Assembly (NCBI GenBank): GCA_964649505.1
Contig: CAZYRC010000001.1
Coordinates: 1 to 32,449 of the forward strand
Length of the DNA stretch: 32,449 bases
Direction: 5' to 3'
Source: an uncultured Candidatus Saccharibacteria bacterium
GTDB taxonomy: Bacteria; Patescibacteriota; Saccharimonadia; Saccharimonadales; Saccharimonadaceae
This document shows positions 18,131-27,193 of this stretch, piece after piece (position 1 is the stretch's first letter; every line of letters starts with the position of its first letter). The translations under genes were made by a program, and so were the position numbers. A model generated the notes under the pieces. The model had not been told where the DNA came from and ran no database searches. It saw only the letters and a program-made list of their open reading frames with translations.

Positions 18131-20674
18131 ATGACGAAACGACTCGTGATCATTGATGGCAAAAGCGTGTTTTATCGAGGCTATTATGCGATGCCAAATC
18201 TTTCGACGGCGGATGGAACGCCGACGGGTGGCGTGTTCGGATTTGCGTCGATGGCGCTCGAGCTACTGCGATCGATCAAACCGGATTATGTCTGTGTCGC
18301 GTGGGACAAACCAAAAACGAATATCCGCAAACGGCTCGAAATATATCCGGAGTACAAAGCAGGGCGCAAACCGGCGCCGGCGGATTTTTATGCGCAGATT
18401 CCGATACTGCACGAACTGCTCGAGGCGTTTTCGTGGCCGCTGTATGAACTGGACGACTACGAGGCTGACGATATCATGGCGACGCTTGATCGTCAGGCCG
18501 AGCAGCACGGCGATATCGAAACTTATCTGATCACGAGCGATCTCGATGCGCTGCAAATTCTCGATAACAATACTTTTTTGTATGCACTCAAAAAAGGCGT
18601 TTCAAATATCGAAAAATTCGACATTGCTGCGTTTGAACAAAAATATGGCATCCGGATCGATCAGTTTCTCGACCTCAAATCACTCAAAGGCGATAGTAGC
18701 GATAACATCCCTGGCGTCGCGGGTGTTGGCGAAAAAACAGCCGTTTCGCTGCTGCAACAGTTCGAAACGCTCGATGGAATTTATGACAACTTGCCGTCGA
18801 TCAAAGAAAGTGTCCGCAAAAAATTAGAGGCGGGGCGAGCGTCGGCGTATATGAGCAAAGAAGTTGCGCAGTTGTGGTTTGATGCTCCGGTGGCGCTCGA
18901 CCTACCAGCGATGGACGTGCGCGATCTCGACACAGAAAAACTCAAAAAACTCCTTATACAGCTCGAATTTCGGTCATTGCTGCGCAAGCTTCCTGAGCAC
19001 ATGCGCGTGACTGATGTCGAAGCCGAGGCACAGCCCGACATGGCTATCGAAGCAGTCACGGAGCTGACGCCGTCGGCTGCGAAGGCGACTCTTTTGATGG
19101 CGACGCGACTGCTCGTGTGGGCGGATGGCGATGATTTGTGGCTCAGCCATGAGCGTGGAAAAGCTGCGAAATTGACACTCGAGCAAGCACTCCCGATTCT
19201 CGAACAGGCGACTATCGTCGGGCATGATACGAAGGTATTGCTCAAACGATTGCTCGCTGCTGGTGCGACGAAGTTGCCAACGGTCGTGCACGACACAGCA
19301 CAAGGATCGTTTTTGCTCAATCCACTGCGCAAAAGTCGCGCACTCGCAGATCTTGCGGGCCTTGATTCGACTGACGATCCGCACGTTGCGATGAGCGCGC
19401 TGTGGGCGGTTTACGATGAACAAGTCCAGGCGCTCGATGCGCTGCCCGAGCTCAAAAACGTTGCGCAGACGATGGATTTTCCACTCATTTCGGTCCTCGC
19501 GCGAATGGAATTTCGCGGTATCAAACTGGACAGTACAAAACTCGCCGATATGGACGCGAAACTAACTGCTGATATCGCCGATATCCAGCAGCAGATGTTT
19601 TCGATGGCGGGGTATGAGTTCAATATCGCGAGTCCTGCGCAGCTGGCGGAGGTTTTGTTCACAAAACTGCAGCTTCCGACATTCGGGATCAAAAAAGGCA
19701 AAACCGGCTATAGCACCGGCCAAAAAGAGCTTGATAAACTTCGTGGTCAACACCCAATCATCGAACTCATCGAACAATTTAGGGAGCTCACAAAGTTACA
19801 AAATACCTACGTCCAGACTCTACCGATGCAGGCGGATGAGCATGGTCGAGTGCACACAACGTTTAACCAAGACGTTGCGGCGACGGGACGTCTGAGTAGT
19901 ACCGATCCGAATCTCCAAAACATCCCGATCCGTACCGAATTGGGACGCCAAATCCGCGATGCATTTGTGCCCGAAGAGGGGAATGTGTTTGTGAGTGCCG
20001 ACTATAGTCAGTTTGAGCTTCGTCTTGCGGCCGTGCTGAGTGGTGACGAAAAAATGATCAATGACTTCAATGCTGGTACGGATATCCACGCAAAAACGGC
20101 GAGTGAAGTTTACCACGTACCGCTCGATGATGTCACGAAAGAGCAGCGCCGTCGCGCAAAAGTTGTGAATTTTGGTGTGCTGTACGGCATGAGTCAGCAC
20201 GGGCTGGCGGCAGCGGCAAACATGAGCTTTGCCGAGGCGCAGCATTTCATCGACGAATATTTCAAGGTCCGTCCAAACGTCAAACACTTTATGGAAGAGA
20301 CAATCAAAAGGGCGCACGACGATGGATTTGTCGAGACGATGTTTGGTCGTCGCCGCTGGACGCCAGATGTAAAATCGAGTAATTTTGTTGTTCGCTCGGC
20401 TGCCGAGCGTGCTGCGGCCAACATGCCGATTCAGGGGACGGAAGCCGATCTCATGAAGCTCGCGATGATCAAAGTACAGCAGATAATCGACCATGATTTT
20501 CCGGCAGCGATGCAATTGTTGCAGATCCACGACTCGATTTTGATTGAGTGTCCAAAAGGCCAGTCGGAAGCGATCGCGGCAATGCTGAAAGAAACGATGG
20601 AACAAATTTGCCCGAAACTCGGCGTGCGTTTGCAGGTCGATGTCGCCAGCGGCGAGAATTGGGGAGAGGTATAG
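18131..20674 (+). CDS. polA: DNA polymerase I
   Basis: 5'-3' exo IIDGKS, YEADD, GDSSDNIPGV; TGRLSS, ADYSQFELR, AKVVNFGVLYG, QIHDS; middle 3'-5' exo region looks short and degenerate. Confidence 0.98.
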   Translation: MTKRLVIIDGKSVFYRGYYAMPNLSTADGTPTGGVFGFASMALELLRSIKPDYVCVAWDKPKTNIRKRLEIYPEYKAGRKPAPADFYAQIPILHELLEAFSWPLYELDDYEADDIMATLDRQAEQHGDIETYLITSDLDALQILDNNTFLYALKKGVSNIEKFDIAAFEQKYGIRIDQFLDLKSLKGDSSDNIPGVAGVGEKTAVSLLQQFETLDGIYDNLPSIKESVRKKLEAGRASAYMSKEVAQLWFDAPVALDLPAMDVRDLDTEKLKKLLIQLEFRSLLRKLPEHMRVTDVEAEAQPDMAIEAVTELTPSAAKATLLMATRLLVWADGDDLWLSHERGKAAKLTLEQALPILEQATIVGHDTKVLLKRLLAAGATKLPTVVHDTAQGSFLLNPLRKSRALADLAGLDSTDDPHVAMSALWAVYDEQVQALDALPELKNVAQTMDFPLISVLARMEFRGIKLDSTKLADMDAKLTADIADIQQQMFSMAGYEFNIASPAQLAEVLFTKLQLPTFGIKKGKTGYSTGQKELDKLRGQHPIIELIEQFRELTKLQNTYVQTLPMQADEHGRVHTTFNQDVAATGRLSSTDPNLQNIPIRTELGRQIRDAFVPEEGNVFVSADYSQFELRLAAVLSGDEKMINDFNAGTDIHAKTASEVYHVPLDDVTKEQRRRAKVVNFGVLYGMSQHGLAAAANMSFAEAQHFIDEYFKVRPNVKHFMEETIKRAHDDGFVETMFGRRRWTPDVKSSNFVVRSAAERAAANMPIQGTEADLMKLAMIKVQQIIDHDFPAAMQLLQIHDSILIECPKGQSEAIAAMLKETMEQICPKLGVRLQVDVASGENWGEV

Positions 20675-21081
20675 TGAAAGTCTTGTTTGTATGCGAAGGC
20701 AACAAAATGCGCAGTCCGATGGCCGAGGCGTTTTATAATCACATGACGAATTCGTCGGACGCCGTGAGCGCAGGTGCCGATCCATACCCACTCGGCGGAT
20801 CATTTGCGGAAACGCCGCAGGTGCTCAAAGAACGAGGTATCGAATACACTCACGGCAGCCAGCTCGTGACACAGGAAATGGTCGACGCTGCCGATCTCGT
20901 GGTGGCGTTTCCGACGCCGATGATGCCGGATTTTGTGATGGACAGCCCGAAGACGGAGCTCTGGGAAATCGATGATCCGTTTTACAAAAAAGGCGATCGT
21001 GTGGCACTGCTTCGCCAAGCGCGTGATGAAATCGAAGTTCGCGTGATGGCGCTCGTGCAGCGCTCAGAGGAGTGCGCATGA
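20674..21081 (+). CDS. Low-molecular-weight phosphatase (LMW-PTP/ArsC fold)
   Basis: GTG overlaps the polA stop; VLFVCEGNKMRSPMAEA CX5R loop; WEIDDP. Confidence 0.85.
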   Translation: MKVLFVCEGNKMRSPMAEAFYNHMTNSSDAVSAGADPYPLGGSFAETPQVLKERGIEYTHGSQLVTQEMVDAADLVVAFPTPMMPDFVMDSPKTELWEIDDPFYKKGDRVALLRQARDEIEVRVMALVQRSEECA

Positions 21082-21422
21082 GCCCGAAGGAATTTTTGTC
21101 ACAGCTCACGGTCATGACGATTGCCGTCATCGACGAAGAGGGCAAGCCGTGGGCGGTTCCCGTGAAGATTCAGACCTATCAAAACGGCGAAATCACGTGG
21201 GTTTCAAAAACAACAACGGTGCATAGTCGTGCAATCGAACGCAGTCCAGAAATCATGATCAATGCGTTTGACGAAGCCGGGATGCGCGCGATCTACGCGC
21301 GAGCGATGGCAGAAAAAACACTTCCGACTCCTGGTGTCGGTACGTATCGTGCACGGATTTTCGAGGCATGGTATACGGATGCAACACACAAAAAATCGCC
21401 AGTCGACATGGAGGATCTCTGA
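21078..21422 (+). CDS. Pyridoxamine-5'-phosphate-oxidase-like (split-barrel) protein
   Basis: MTIAVIDEEGKPWAVPV..WVSKTTTVHSRAI..P; ATGA overlap. Confidence 0.7.
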   Translation: MSPKEFLSQLTVMTIAVIDEEGKPWAVPVKIQTYQNGEITWVSKTTTVHSRAIERSPEIMINAFDEAGMRAIYARAMAEKTLPTPGVGTYRARIFEAWYTDATHKKSPVDMEDL

Positions 21423-22387
21423 TGCGACACCGTTTTCGAGACCGTTGGAGACATTTTGCGCCGCGTCGCAATCGTCGGCTGCGGCCATATCGTCGTCGCG
21501 ATGTGTCGCTTGACTACAAACACACGTACGAGCCGCAGCCCGTGCAATTTGTCTGCAATAGCACGGATTTTTTTGACTGTGCCGAAGAAGAAGTTGTCTC
21601 GTATTTGCAGCGCCGCCCAGAGATCCACGCGCTCGACGGTCGTATCGATGCGCTCCGTGCGCGATTTGAAAAAACGTGGCTCGCCCACGACGGCATGGTA
21701 GCACTGCTCGCGCAGGTGCCGCGCGCGGTCCTCGCACAGATGCAGATGGATCGGTTTGAACACGGCTATCGCAACAAAAAAGAGCGCTTGTATGAGCTGA
21801 TTGATTTCAACGACACGCTCGTGAGTCTCGTTCTCGTGATGGATGATTCGCTGCGCTGTCAGCTCGATGAGCGCGGCAAACAAGCGGCGGATCGCATCTG
21901 TTTGCGCGTTGGTGCGCCGTGTTTTAGCAACGAACAATGGCGCGCGATTATCCGCGGCCTCACGCGTGAAGTTGCAGTATTTTTGGCTGCAAAAGAGCAG
22001 GGATTTCGCGTACTGATGACGGACCGTGCACATGATGCGCTCGGCATCGATATGCAGGTGCAAGATCCCGAGGACGGCCGGTATATCAATATCGATGTCA
22101 AAACGCCGAGCTCGTTTCGGCATCGCATGGAGGAACTGGTGCGCGAGGGTCGTTTGAGTGAGCGCGAATTGTACGAGGGTGATCAGCAAAGTTATATTAT
22201 CGAGCACAATGGCCATGGATTGGCGCGCGCCGAGGTGGTGGTGCTGTGTATTTTGCCAGATCTTTTTGGTGACTTGGCAGACTGGCGGTTCGTCGATCCA
22301 GATCCGATGCGCCACAAGCTCAACCAACTCATTCGCGATCACGGACAGACCGATGGCAAATTTGGACGGCTTGCGAAGCTAAACTGA
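21422..22387 (+). CDS. Hypothetical protein with a PD-(D/E)xK-like motif
   Basis: TGATG coupling; REVAVF...DALGIDM...INIDVKT; Arg-rich N-terminus. Confidence 0.6.
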   Translation: MRHRFRDRWRHFAPRRNRRLRPYRRRDVSLDYKHTYEPQPVQFVCNSTDFFDCAEEEVVSYLQRRPEIHALDGRIDALRARFEKTWLAHDGMVALLAQVPRAVLAQMQMDRFEHGYRNKKERLYELIDFNDTLVSLVLVMDDSLRCQLDERGKQAADRICLRVGAPCFSNEQWRAIIRGLTREVAVFLAAKEQGFRVLMTDRAHDALGIDMQVQDPEDGRYINIDVKTPSSFRHRMEELVREGRLSERELYEGDQQSYIIEHNGHGLARAEVVVLCILPDLFGDLADWRFVDPDPMRHKLNQLIRDHGQTDGKFGRLAKLN

Positions 22388-22423
22388 TTGACAAACAACC
22401 CCGAGAGATGACAAAATAACAAT

Positions 22424-23026
22424 ATGTATAGAGGATCTCGCCCACGAATTTTGCCGCTCATCATTGTGATTATTGTGGTGGCGCTGGTGATTGCGTCGAT
22501 TGTGACAATCGGTCGCATGATTTTTGGTGGAAATGCGTCAAAAGATACTCAGAAAACGCCGGAAACCACAGTGGTTGATTCGGTGCTCAACCAAGACGGC
22601 GCGCGAAGCGTACGCTGGACGGTCCGCGGGCCGATCGTTGCCGACGAAAAATATCGCTCCTATCAGATCACTGTGAGTCCGACGAAGCGCAGTTTCGTGT
22701 CGTATTCGGGATATCTCGAGCAAGTCCTCGACAGCAAAACATATGAAAACAACGCAAAAGCCTACGAAGAATTCACCTATGCGCTGCGCAATGCCGAGGT
22801 CGGCAAGGCGAACAAAGCCGATGATGAAGATTTTCGTGGTGTGTGCGCAACAAATGGTATCGCGTACAAATTCGAAACGCTCAATGGGGGTAGCGCTGAT
22901 CACACGCTCTGGAGTAGCACCTGCGAAGGCTCAAAAGGTACGCTTGCAGCCGATCCACTCAAAATCCAAGCGCTTTTTGTGAATCAAATTCCTGATTTTG
23001 AACCAATGTTCAACAAGGTATTTTAG
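22424..23026 (+). CDS. Membrane-anchored exported hypothetical protein
   Basis: N-terminal TM, VRGPIVADE, two Cys; TTGACA-18-CAAAAT-6 nt-ATG. Confidence 0.8.
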   Translation: MYRGSRPRILPLIIVIIVVALVIASIVTIGRMIFGGNASKDTQKTPETTVVDSVLNQDGARSVRWTVRGPIVADEKYRSYQITVSPTKRSFVSYSGYLEQVLDSKTYENNAKAYEEFTYALRNAEVGKANKADDEDFRGVCATNGIAYKFETLNGGSADHTLWSSTCEGSKGTLAADPLKIQALFVNQIPDFEPMFNKVF

Positions 23027-23028
23027 CA

Positions 23029-23601
23029 GTGGCAGTACGCGCAGTTATTTTTGATTGTTTTGGCGTGTTGTATGGTGGAAGCATCGACGCGCTTCTCGCG
23101 ATGAGCCCCAAAGATCAGGTTCAAGTGGTCAAGGACCTCAATAAACAATCCGATTACGGATTTATTTCAGGCGACGAATATGTCGCAGGGCTCGCGGCGG
23201 CGCTTGGCAAGACACCTGCCGATATCCTCGAAATTTTGCGCCAGCACCATGTGCGCAACGAGCCGCTGGTCGAATACGTTCGCTCTCTCAACGGCTCGCG
23301 CCGATTGGGACTGCTGTCAAATGTGTCGAGCGGGACGATGGATCGGCTTTTTTCGCCGGACGAGCGCGCAGAGCTTTTTGATGTCGTTGTACTGTCGTAC
23401 GAGGAAAGTATTGCGAAACCAAATCCTGAGATTTTCACATTGATTGCAGAGCGGCTTGGCGTCCCGGCAGGGGAGTGTGTGATGGTCGATGATCGTGCTG
23501 AAAATTGCGAGGGTGCAGAAATTGCGGGGATGCAGAGCGTCCAGCACAGCTCGAACGAATCGACAATTGCGCACCTGACGCGGCTTTTTAAGGAAGCCTA
23601 A
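23029..23601 (+). CDS. HAD-family phosphatase
   Basis: VIFDCFGVL, LLSN, KPNP, MVDD. Confidence 0.9.
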   Translation: MAVRAVIFDCFGVLYGGSIDALLAMSPKDQVQVVKDLNKQSDYGFISGDEYVAGLAAALGKTPADILEILRQHHVRNEPLVEYVRSLNGSRRLGLLSNVSSGTMDRLFSPDERAELFDVVVLSYEESIAKPNPEIFTLIAERLGVPAGECVMVDDRAENCEGAEIAGMQSVQHSSNESTIAHLTRLFKEA

Positions 23602-23602
23602 T

Positions 23603-24484
23603 ATGCCAGAATTACCAGAGGTCGAGACGATCAAAAAAGGCTTGGGGCGGCTCATCGTCGGCAAAACGATCATGCAGGTTGAAGTGCACGATTCGCCAAA
23701 AAGCTTCCCGAACGACCCCGTGCTGGTCGAGGAGTTTATGCATGGCGCGCAGATCATTTCGGTGCGTCGCCGCGCAAAAGTTTTGCTCATCGAGCTCTCG
23801 ACGAACTATTCACTCGTGATTCATTTGCGTATGACGGGACAATTAATTTATGCGGATCAGACGAAGCATTTTGGAGGCGGGCATCCGACAGATAGTTTGG
23901 TGGGTGCGCTCCCCGACCGATTTACACGCGTTGTTATTTCGTTTCGTGATGGGGGAAAGCTTTTTTTCAATGATCTGCGTAAATTTGGGTGGATCAAATT
24001 ATACCCGACGCCCGAGGTCGAGTTGATCGATTTTATGAAACGCGTCGGTCCAGAGCCGCTCGAAGATGCGACGACCGGAGAGGTGCTCTACGAACGCCTT
24101 CAGCGGCGCAAAAATACGTTGATCAAAGCCGCGCTGCTTGATCAATCGGTGATCGCTGGGGTGGGAAATATCTACGCCGACGAAGCGCTCTGGGGCGCGC
24201 AGATTCACCCGTCGACACGTGTACGCGATGTCACAAAAGCGCAAGTCATACGCCTTATGGACGAGATTAAAGCAATCTTGACGCTTGCTATCGACCAGGG
24301 AGGTAGTACCGATCGTAATTATACTGACGCCGAGGGAAATCGGGGGAATTATTTGCAGTTCGCGCGTGTTTTTCGTCGTGAAGGCAAGCCATGCCCGCGC
24401 CATCCGGACGTGCTGATTGAGAAAATCCGTGTCGCCGGGCGTGGTACTCATGTTTGCCCCGTCTGCCAGCCTGTGACACAATAA
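23603..24484 (+). CDS. mutM: Formamidopyrimidine-DNA glycosylase
   Basis: MPELPEVET, HLRMTG, DLRKFG, GVGNIYADE, zinc finger CPRH...CPVC. Confidence 0.97.
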   Translation: MPELPEVETIKKGLGRLIVGKTIMQVEVHDSPKSFPNDPVLVEEFMHGAQIISVRRRAKVLLIELSTNYSLVIHLRMTGQLIYADQTKHFGGGHPTDSLVGALPDRFTRVVISFRDGGKLFFNDLRKFGWIKLYPTPEVELIDFMKRVGPEPLEDATTGEVLYERLQRRKNTLIKAALLDQSVIAGVGNIYADEALWGAQIHPSTRVRDVTKAQVIRLMDEIKAILTLAIDQGGSTDRNYTDAEGNRGNYLQFARVFRREGKPCPRHPDVLIEKIRVAGRGTHVCPVCQPVTQ

Positions 24485-24488
24485 CAGA

Positions 24489-25436
24489 GTGATATATTTT
24501 CTCACGGGTACAAATTCGTATCAAATCGAGCAAGAGCTTCGCAGCATCGCGGCAAAAACCGACGCGCCGATCGAGCGTATCGATGTGGCAAATCTTGACG
24601 TGTCTGCATTGGCTGACCTCTTGCGGGGTCAATCACTTTTTGCGGCACTGCGGTATATTGTGCTCTCAGGAGCGTCGGGAAATACAGCGGTGTGGAATGA
24701 GCTTGCCGACACGATTGAACACGTGAGTGATTCGGTGACTCTCGCAATTGTCGAGCCAAAGCCCGATCGCCGCACGAAAGCCTATAAAACAATCGCCAAA
24801 TACGCAACCGTGATCGCGTCAGATCGCTGGAAAGAAAAAGACGCAGGGCTCGCTCGCGAGTGGCTTGCAGTGCTCGCGCGCAAAAAAGGCGTGACGCTTT
24901 CGCCGGCGCAGATTCGCGACATGGTGGCGCGGTCGGTGGTGGGTGGGGAACAGGATCGGACGCGCGAGGTTGATCAGTGGCTGCTTGTGCGCGCCGTGAA
25001 TTCTCTCAAACAACTCGAGTCAATCGACGATGCGGCGATTGCGACTGTGCTGCCGCCCGCGACGAGTGAGACGGTTTTTGCGCTGCTTGATTATGCTGCG
25101 GCCGGCAAAAAAGATGAGCTACAACTCGCGCTCGATGAGCTACAACTCGCGCACGATCCATATCAGGTATTTGCGACGATTTCGAGCCAGTGGTCGCAGC
25201 TCGCGCTATTACAGTACGCTCGTGACCCAAAAACCGCGACGGTGCTGGGCGTTCATCCATTTGTTGCGCAAAAACTTACGGCGCTTTCTCGCGCATTTTC
25301 GTCGGCAGATATCGTGAAAATTACAGAGTTTGCAGCAACAATTGATCGCCAATTGAAGCACTCTGATGTTTCGCCGTGGGAGGCAGTCGAACGCCTGCTC
25401 GCCGCTATCGTCGCCCACACAAAAACTCCCGCATAG
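24489..25436 (+). CDS. holA: DNA polymerase III delta subunit (divergent)
   Basis: IYFLTG, SLF, KPDRRTK, LGVHPFVAQK, D.QLK; convergent with rpsT as in many bacteria. Confidence 0.8.
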   Translation: MIYFLTGTNSYQIEQELRSIAAKTDAPIERIDVANLDVSALADLLRGQSLFAALRYIVLSGASGNTAVWNELADTIEHVSDSVTLAIVEPKPDRRTKAYKTIAKYATVIASDRWKEKDAGLAREWLAVLARKKGVTLSPAQIRDMVARSVVGGEQDRTREVDQWLLVRAVNSLKQLESIDDAAIATVLPPATSETVFALLDYAAAGKKDELQLALDELQLAHDPYQVFATISSQWSQLALLQYARDPKTATVLGVHPFVAQKLTALSRAFSSADIVKITEFAATIDRQLKHSDVSPWEAVERLLAAIVAHTKTPA

Positions 25437-25449
25437 GACGGGAGTTTTT
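25421..25449. terminator. Bidirectional terminator between holA and rpsT
   Basis: AAAAACTCCCG-CATAGGA-CGGGAGTTTTT. Confidence 0.85.
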
Positions 25450-25463
25450 CGTCAGTCGAGTGA

Positions 25464-25838
25464 CTATTTTTTCGCAGCTGGCTTTTTGGCAGCTGTTTTT
25501 GCTGGTGTAGCTTTTTTTGCTGCGGGTTTTGCCGTCGATTTTGCAGCTGGTTTCGCAGCGGCTTTTGGTGCAGCTTTTTTCGTCGTTGCGAGTTTCACGC
25601 CTGCTTCTTTTGCAACTTTAGAGAGGGAAGCTTTGCGGCGTGCGGCAGTTGCTTTTTTGAGCAGGCCTTTTTTCACTGCGGTGTCGATTTCACTCTGTGC
25701 GGAGCTCAGAGCGGCTGCGGTTGGTTTCGCCATAAATGCTTTGACAGCTGATTTGATATCGCGTTTAGTTGCGACATTGCGTTCGCGACGCTTCGCGGTC
25801 TGCTTCATGCGTTTGACGGCTGATTTGATGATGGGCAT
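25464..25838 (-). CDS. rpsT: 30S ribosomal protein S20 with a Lys/Ala/Pro-rich tail
   Basis: MPIIKSAVKRMKQT, IDTAVKKG, AARRKASL; tail of AAKP/AAKK repeats. Confidence 0.95.
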   Translation of the reverse strand: MPIIKSAVKRMKQTAKRRERNVATKRDIKSAVKAFMAKPTAAALSSAQSEIDTAVKKGLLKKATAARRKASLSKVAKEAGVKLATTKKAAPKAAAKPAAKSTAKPAAKKATPAKTAAKKPAAKK

Positions 25839-25892
25839 ACGGTTCCTTTTCTTCGTTAAAGCCTATATTTCTAATCAATAGTTGATTATAGC

Positions 25893-26748
25893 CTAGATAC
25901 CTCTGTTTGTAAAGTGGCAAGGTACGGCGATCGTTTCATCATTGTGGACGAGTTCAATCCGCATATCGTCCAGGACCGATTCGAGCGTGAATTGTGACAC
26001 GGCCTGCGACCATCCTTTTGCGCCGAGGAGCAAATGTGTACTATGAACGAGATTGTTCAAACCGGGCGCCTCGTCAGGGTGGCTACTATAACTAATGGTA
26101 GCAAGATAGCTTCGGAGTCGTTTGAAAGGTTCGTCGTGAAAGATTTGATCACAAGCTGAGGAGATCGTCTCTGAAATCTGGTCGATTTTCTGCGAAGCGA
26201 GAGACTCTATAGTGCGAAAAGGCTGGCTATAACGGTTTTGATGACTCGCATCTCGGTCTATATCGCCTGGGTAAAGTCCATGTGCGATGGTGAAGTAATC
26301 GCAAAGATTTCGTAGGAGAATCTCACTTATCACGTAGAACAAGGCAGTCTGGTAGGGAGTATCGTTAATCTTTGAATTTCGCGGAGCAAGGTGTAGTGTA
26401 ACAGAGATTGTCTCTTGTTTCGCCGCTTCGTCAGTAAGATAGATTGGTGACAAGTCGTTGTCTTTAGGTGGTGCGATATAATCGAGATCATCGATTTTTT
26501 GCCACTTCGCGTCCGCAAGCTCTGTGAGCTGCGATAAAAGCGCATTTTTGTCCGAAATATATGGATTTGATAGCTCTTCGGCGGCAATACGCATCAATTC
26601 TATTCGAATGTCATGGGTAACGATTGGCGTTTTTGACGAAAAGCCCCTTCTCGTGGAGAAGTTGATTCAAGTTGCGCATAACAAGATGCTCATAAAAATG
26701 GGCTAATTGGATGTTGCGATGGTGTTTTACAAAGTAATAACTTCTCAT
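25893..26748 (-). pseudogene. Frameshifted hypothetical gene with an N-terminal HxxEH motif
   Basis: TATGAT-7 nt-ATG(26748) gives MRSYYFVKHHRNIQLAHFYEHLVM...YP* (stop 26611); the remainder (ORF 25893..26597) is in another frame. Confidence 0.55.
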
Positions 26749-26769
26749 AAGCATCATCATAGGAAAAAC

Positions 26770-26798
26770 GAGTCAGTTTTGCGACTTGACTCAGGTCG
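26770..26798 (-). other. Compact H-type pseudoknot/3' structure followed by a U-tract
   Basis: Minus strand CGAC-CT-GAGTCA-A-GTCG-CAAAAC-TGACTC-GTTTTT: S1 CGAC/GTCG, S2 GAGTCA/TGACTC. Confidence 0.5.
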
Positions 26799-26807
26799 TG
26801 TGGAGGG

Positions 26808-26962
26808 TTAGCGCCTCGGCTTACCGCCGCCGTTGCCACGGTTGCCCTTGACGCTGTCCGTATGAGGACCCGTCCATTGCTTGGGCCGCGATTGCCACCC
26901 TTCTTCGAAGTACCGCCGTTGAGGCAGCGCGGACAGAAGCATAGGAATCCATGAGAAGACAT
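26808..26962 (-). CDS. Small Cys/Gly/Arg-rich peptide, probably with a 1-nt frameshift
   Basis: MSSHGFLCFCPRCLNGGTSKKGGNRGPSNGR, then one added G gives GPHTDSVKGNRGNGGGKPRR* (stop 26810-26808) just before the 3' structure; GGAAG SD-like, TTGACA at 27055-27050. Confidence 0.45.
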
Positions 26963-27125
26963 GGTCGTTTCTTCCAGTAGTAGCCAGATAGGCTGCGGAC
27001 GCTGAACAATTGAACAGCTTGTCTATATGACCACATGCAGCGGATATTATGTCAATACCATCTTTGTTTTTCTGCCAGATATGAAAAATAAAACAATTGA
27101 CAATGTGCGAGAGTTATAAAAAATG

Positions 27126-27155
27126 TTGACATCCCCAAACCTCTTATGGTATAGT
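27126..27155 (+). promoter_or_regulatory. sigma70 promoter
   Basis: TTGACA-18 bp-(TGG)TATAGT. Confidence 0.75.
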
Positions 27156-27193
27156 GGTCGTGAAACTCGATAAAAAGAAAAACAGGAACCACC

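Noticed and set aside
20674-21081. arsC arsenate reductase
   Set aside because: Lacks the resolving cysteines of Trx-coupled ArsC and has no ars context
26690-26962. 90-aa ORF as given in the track
   Set aside because: It reads through the 3' structure and the next gene's promoter and start; the frameshifted 51-aa version is more coherent
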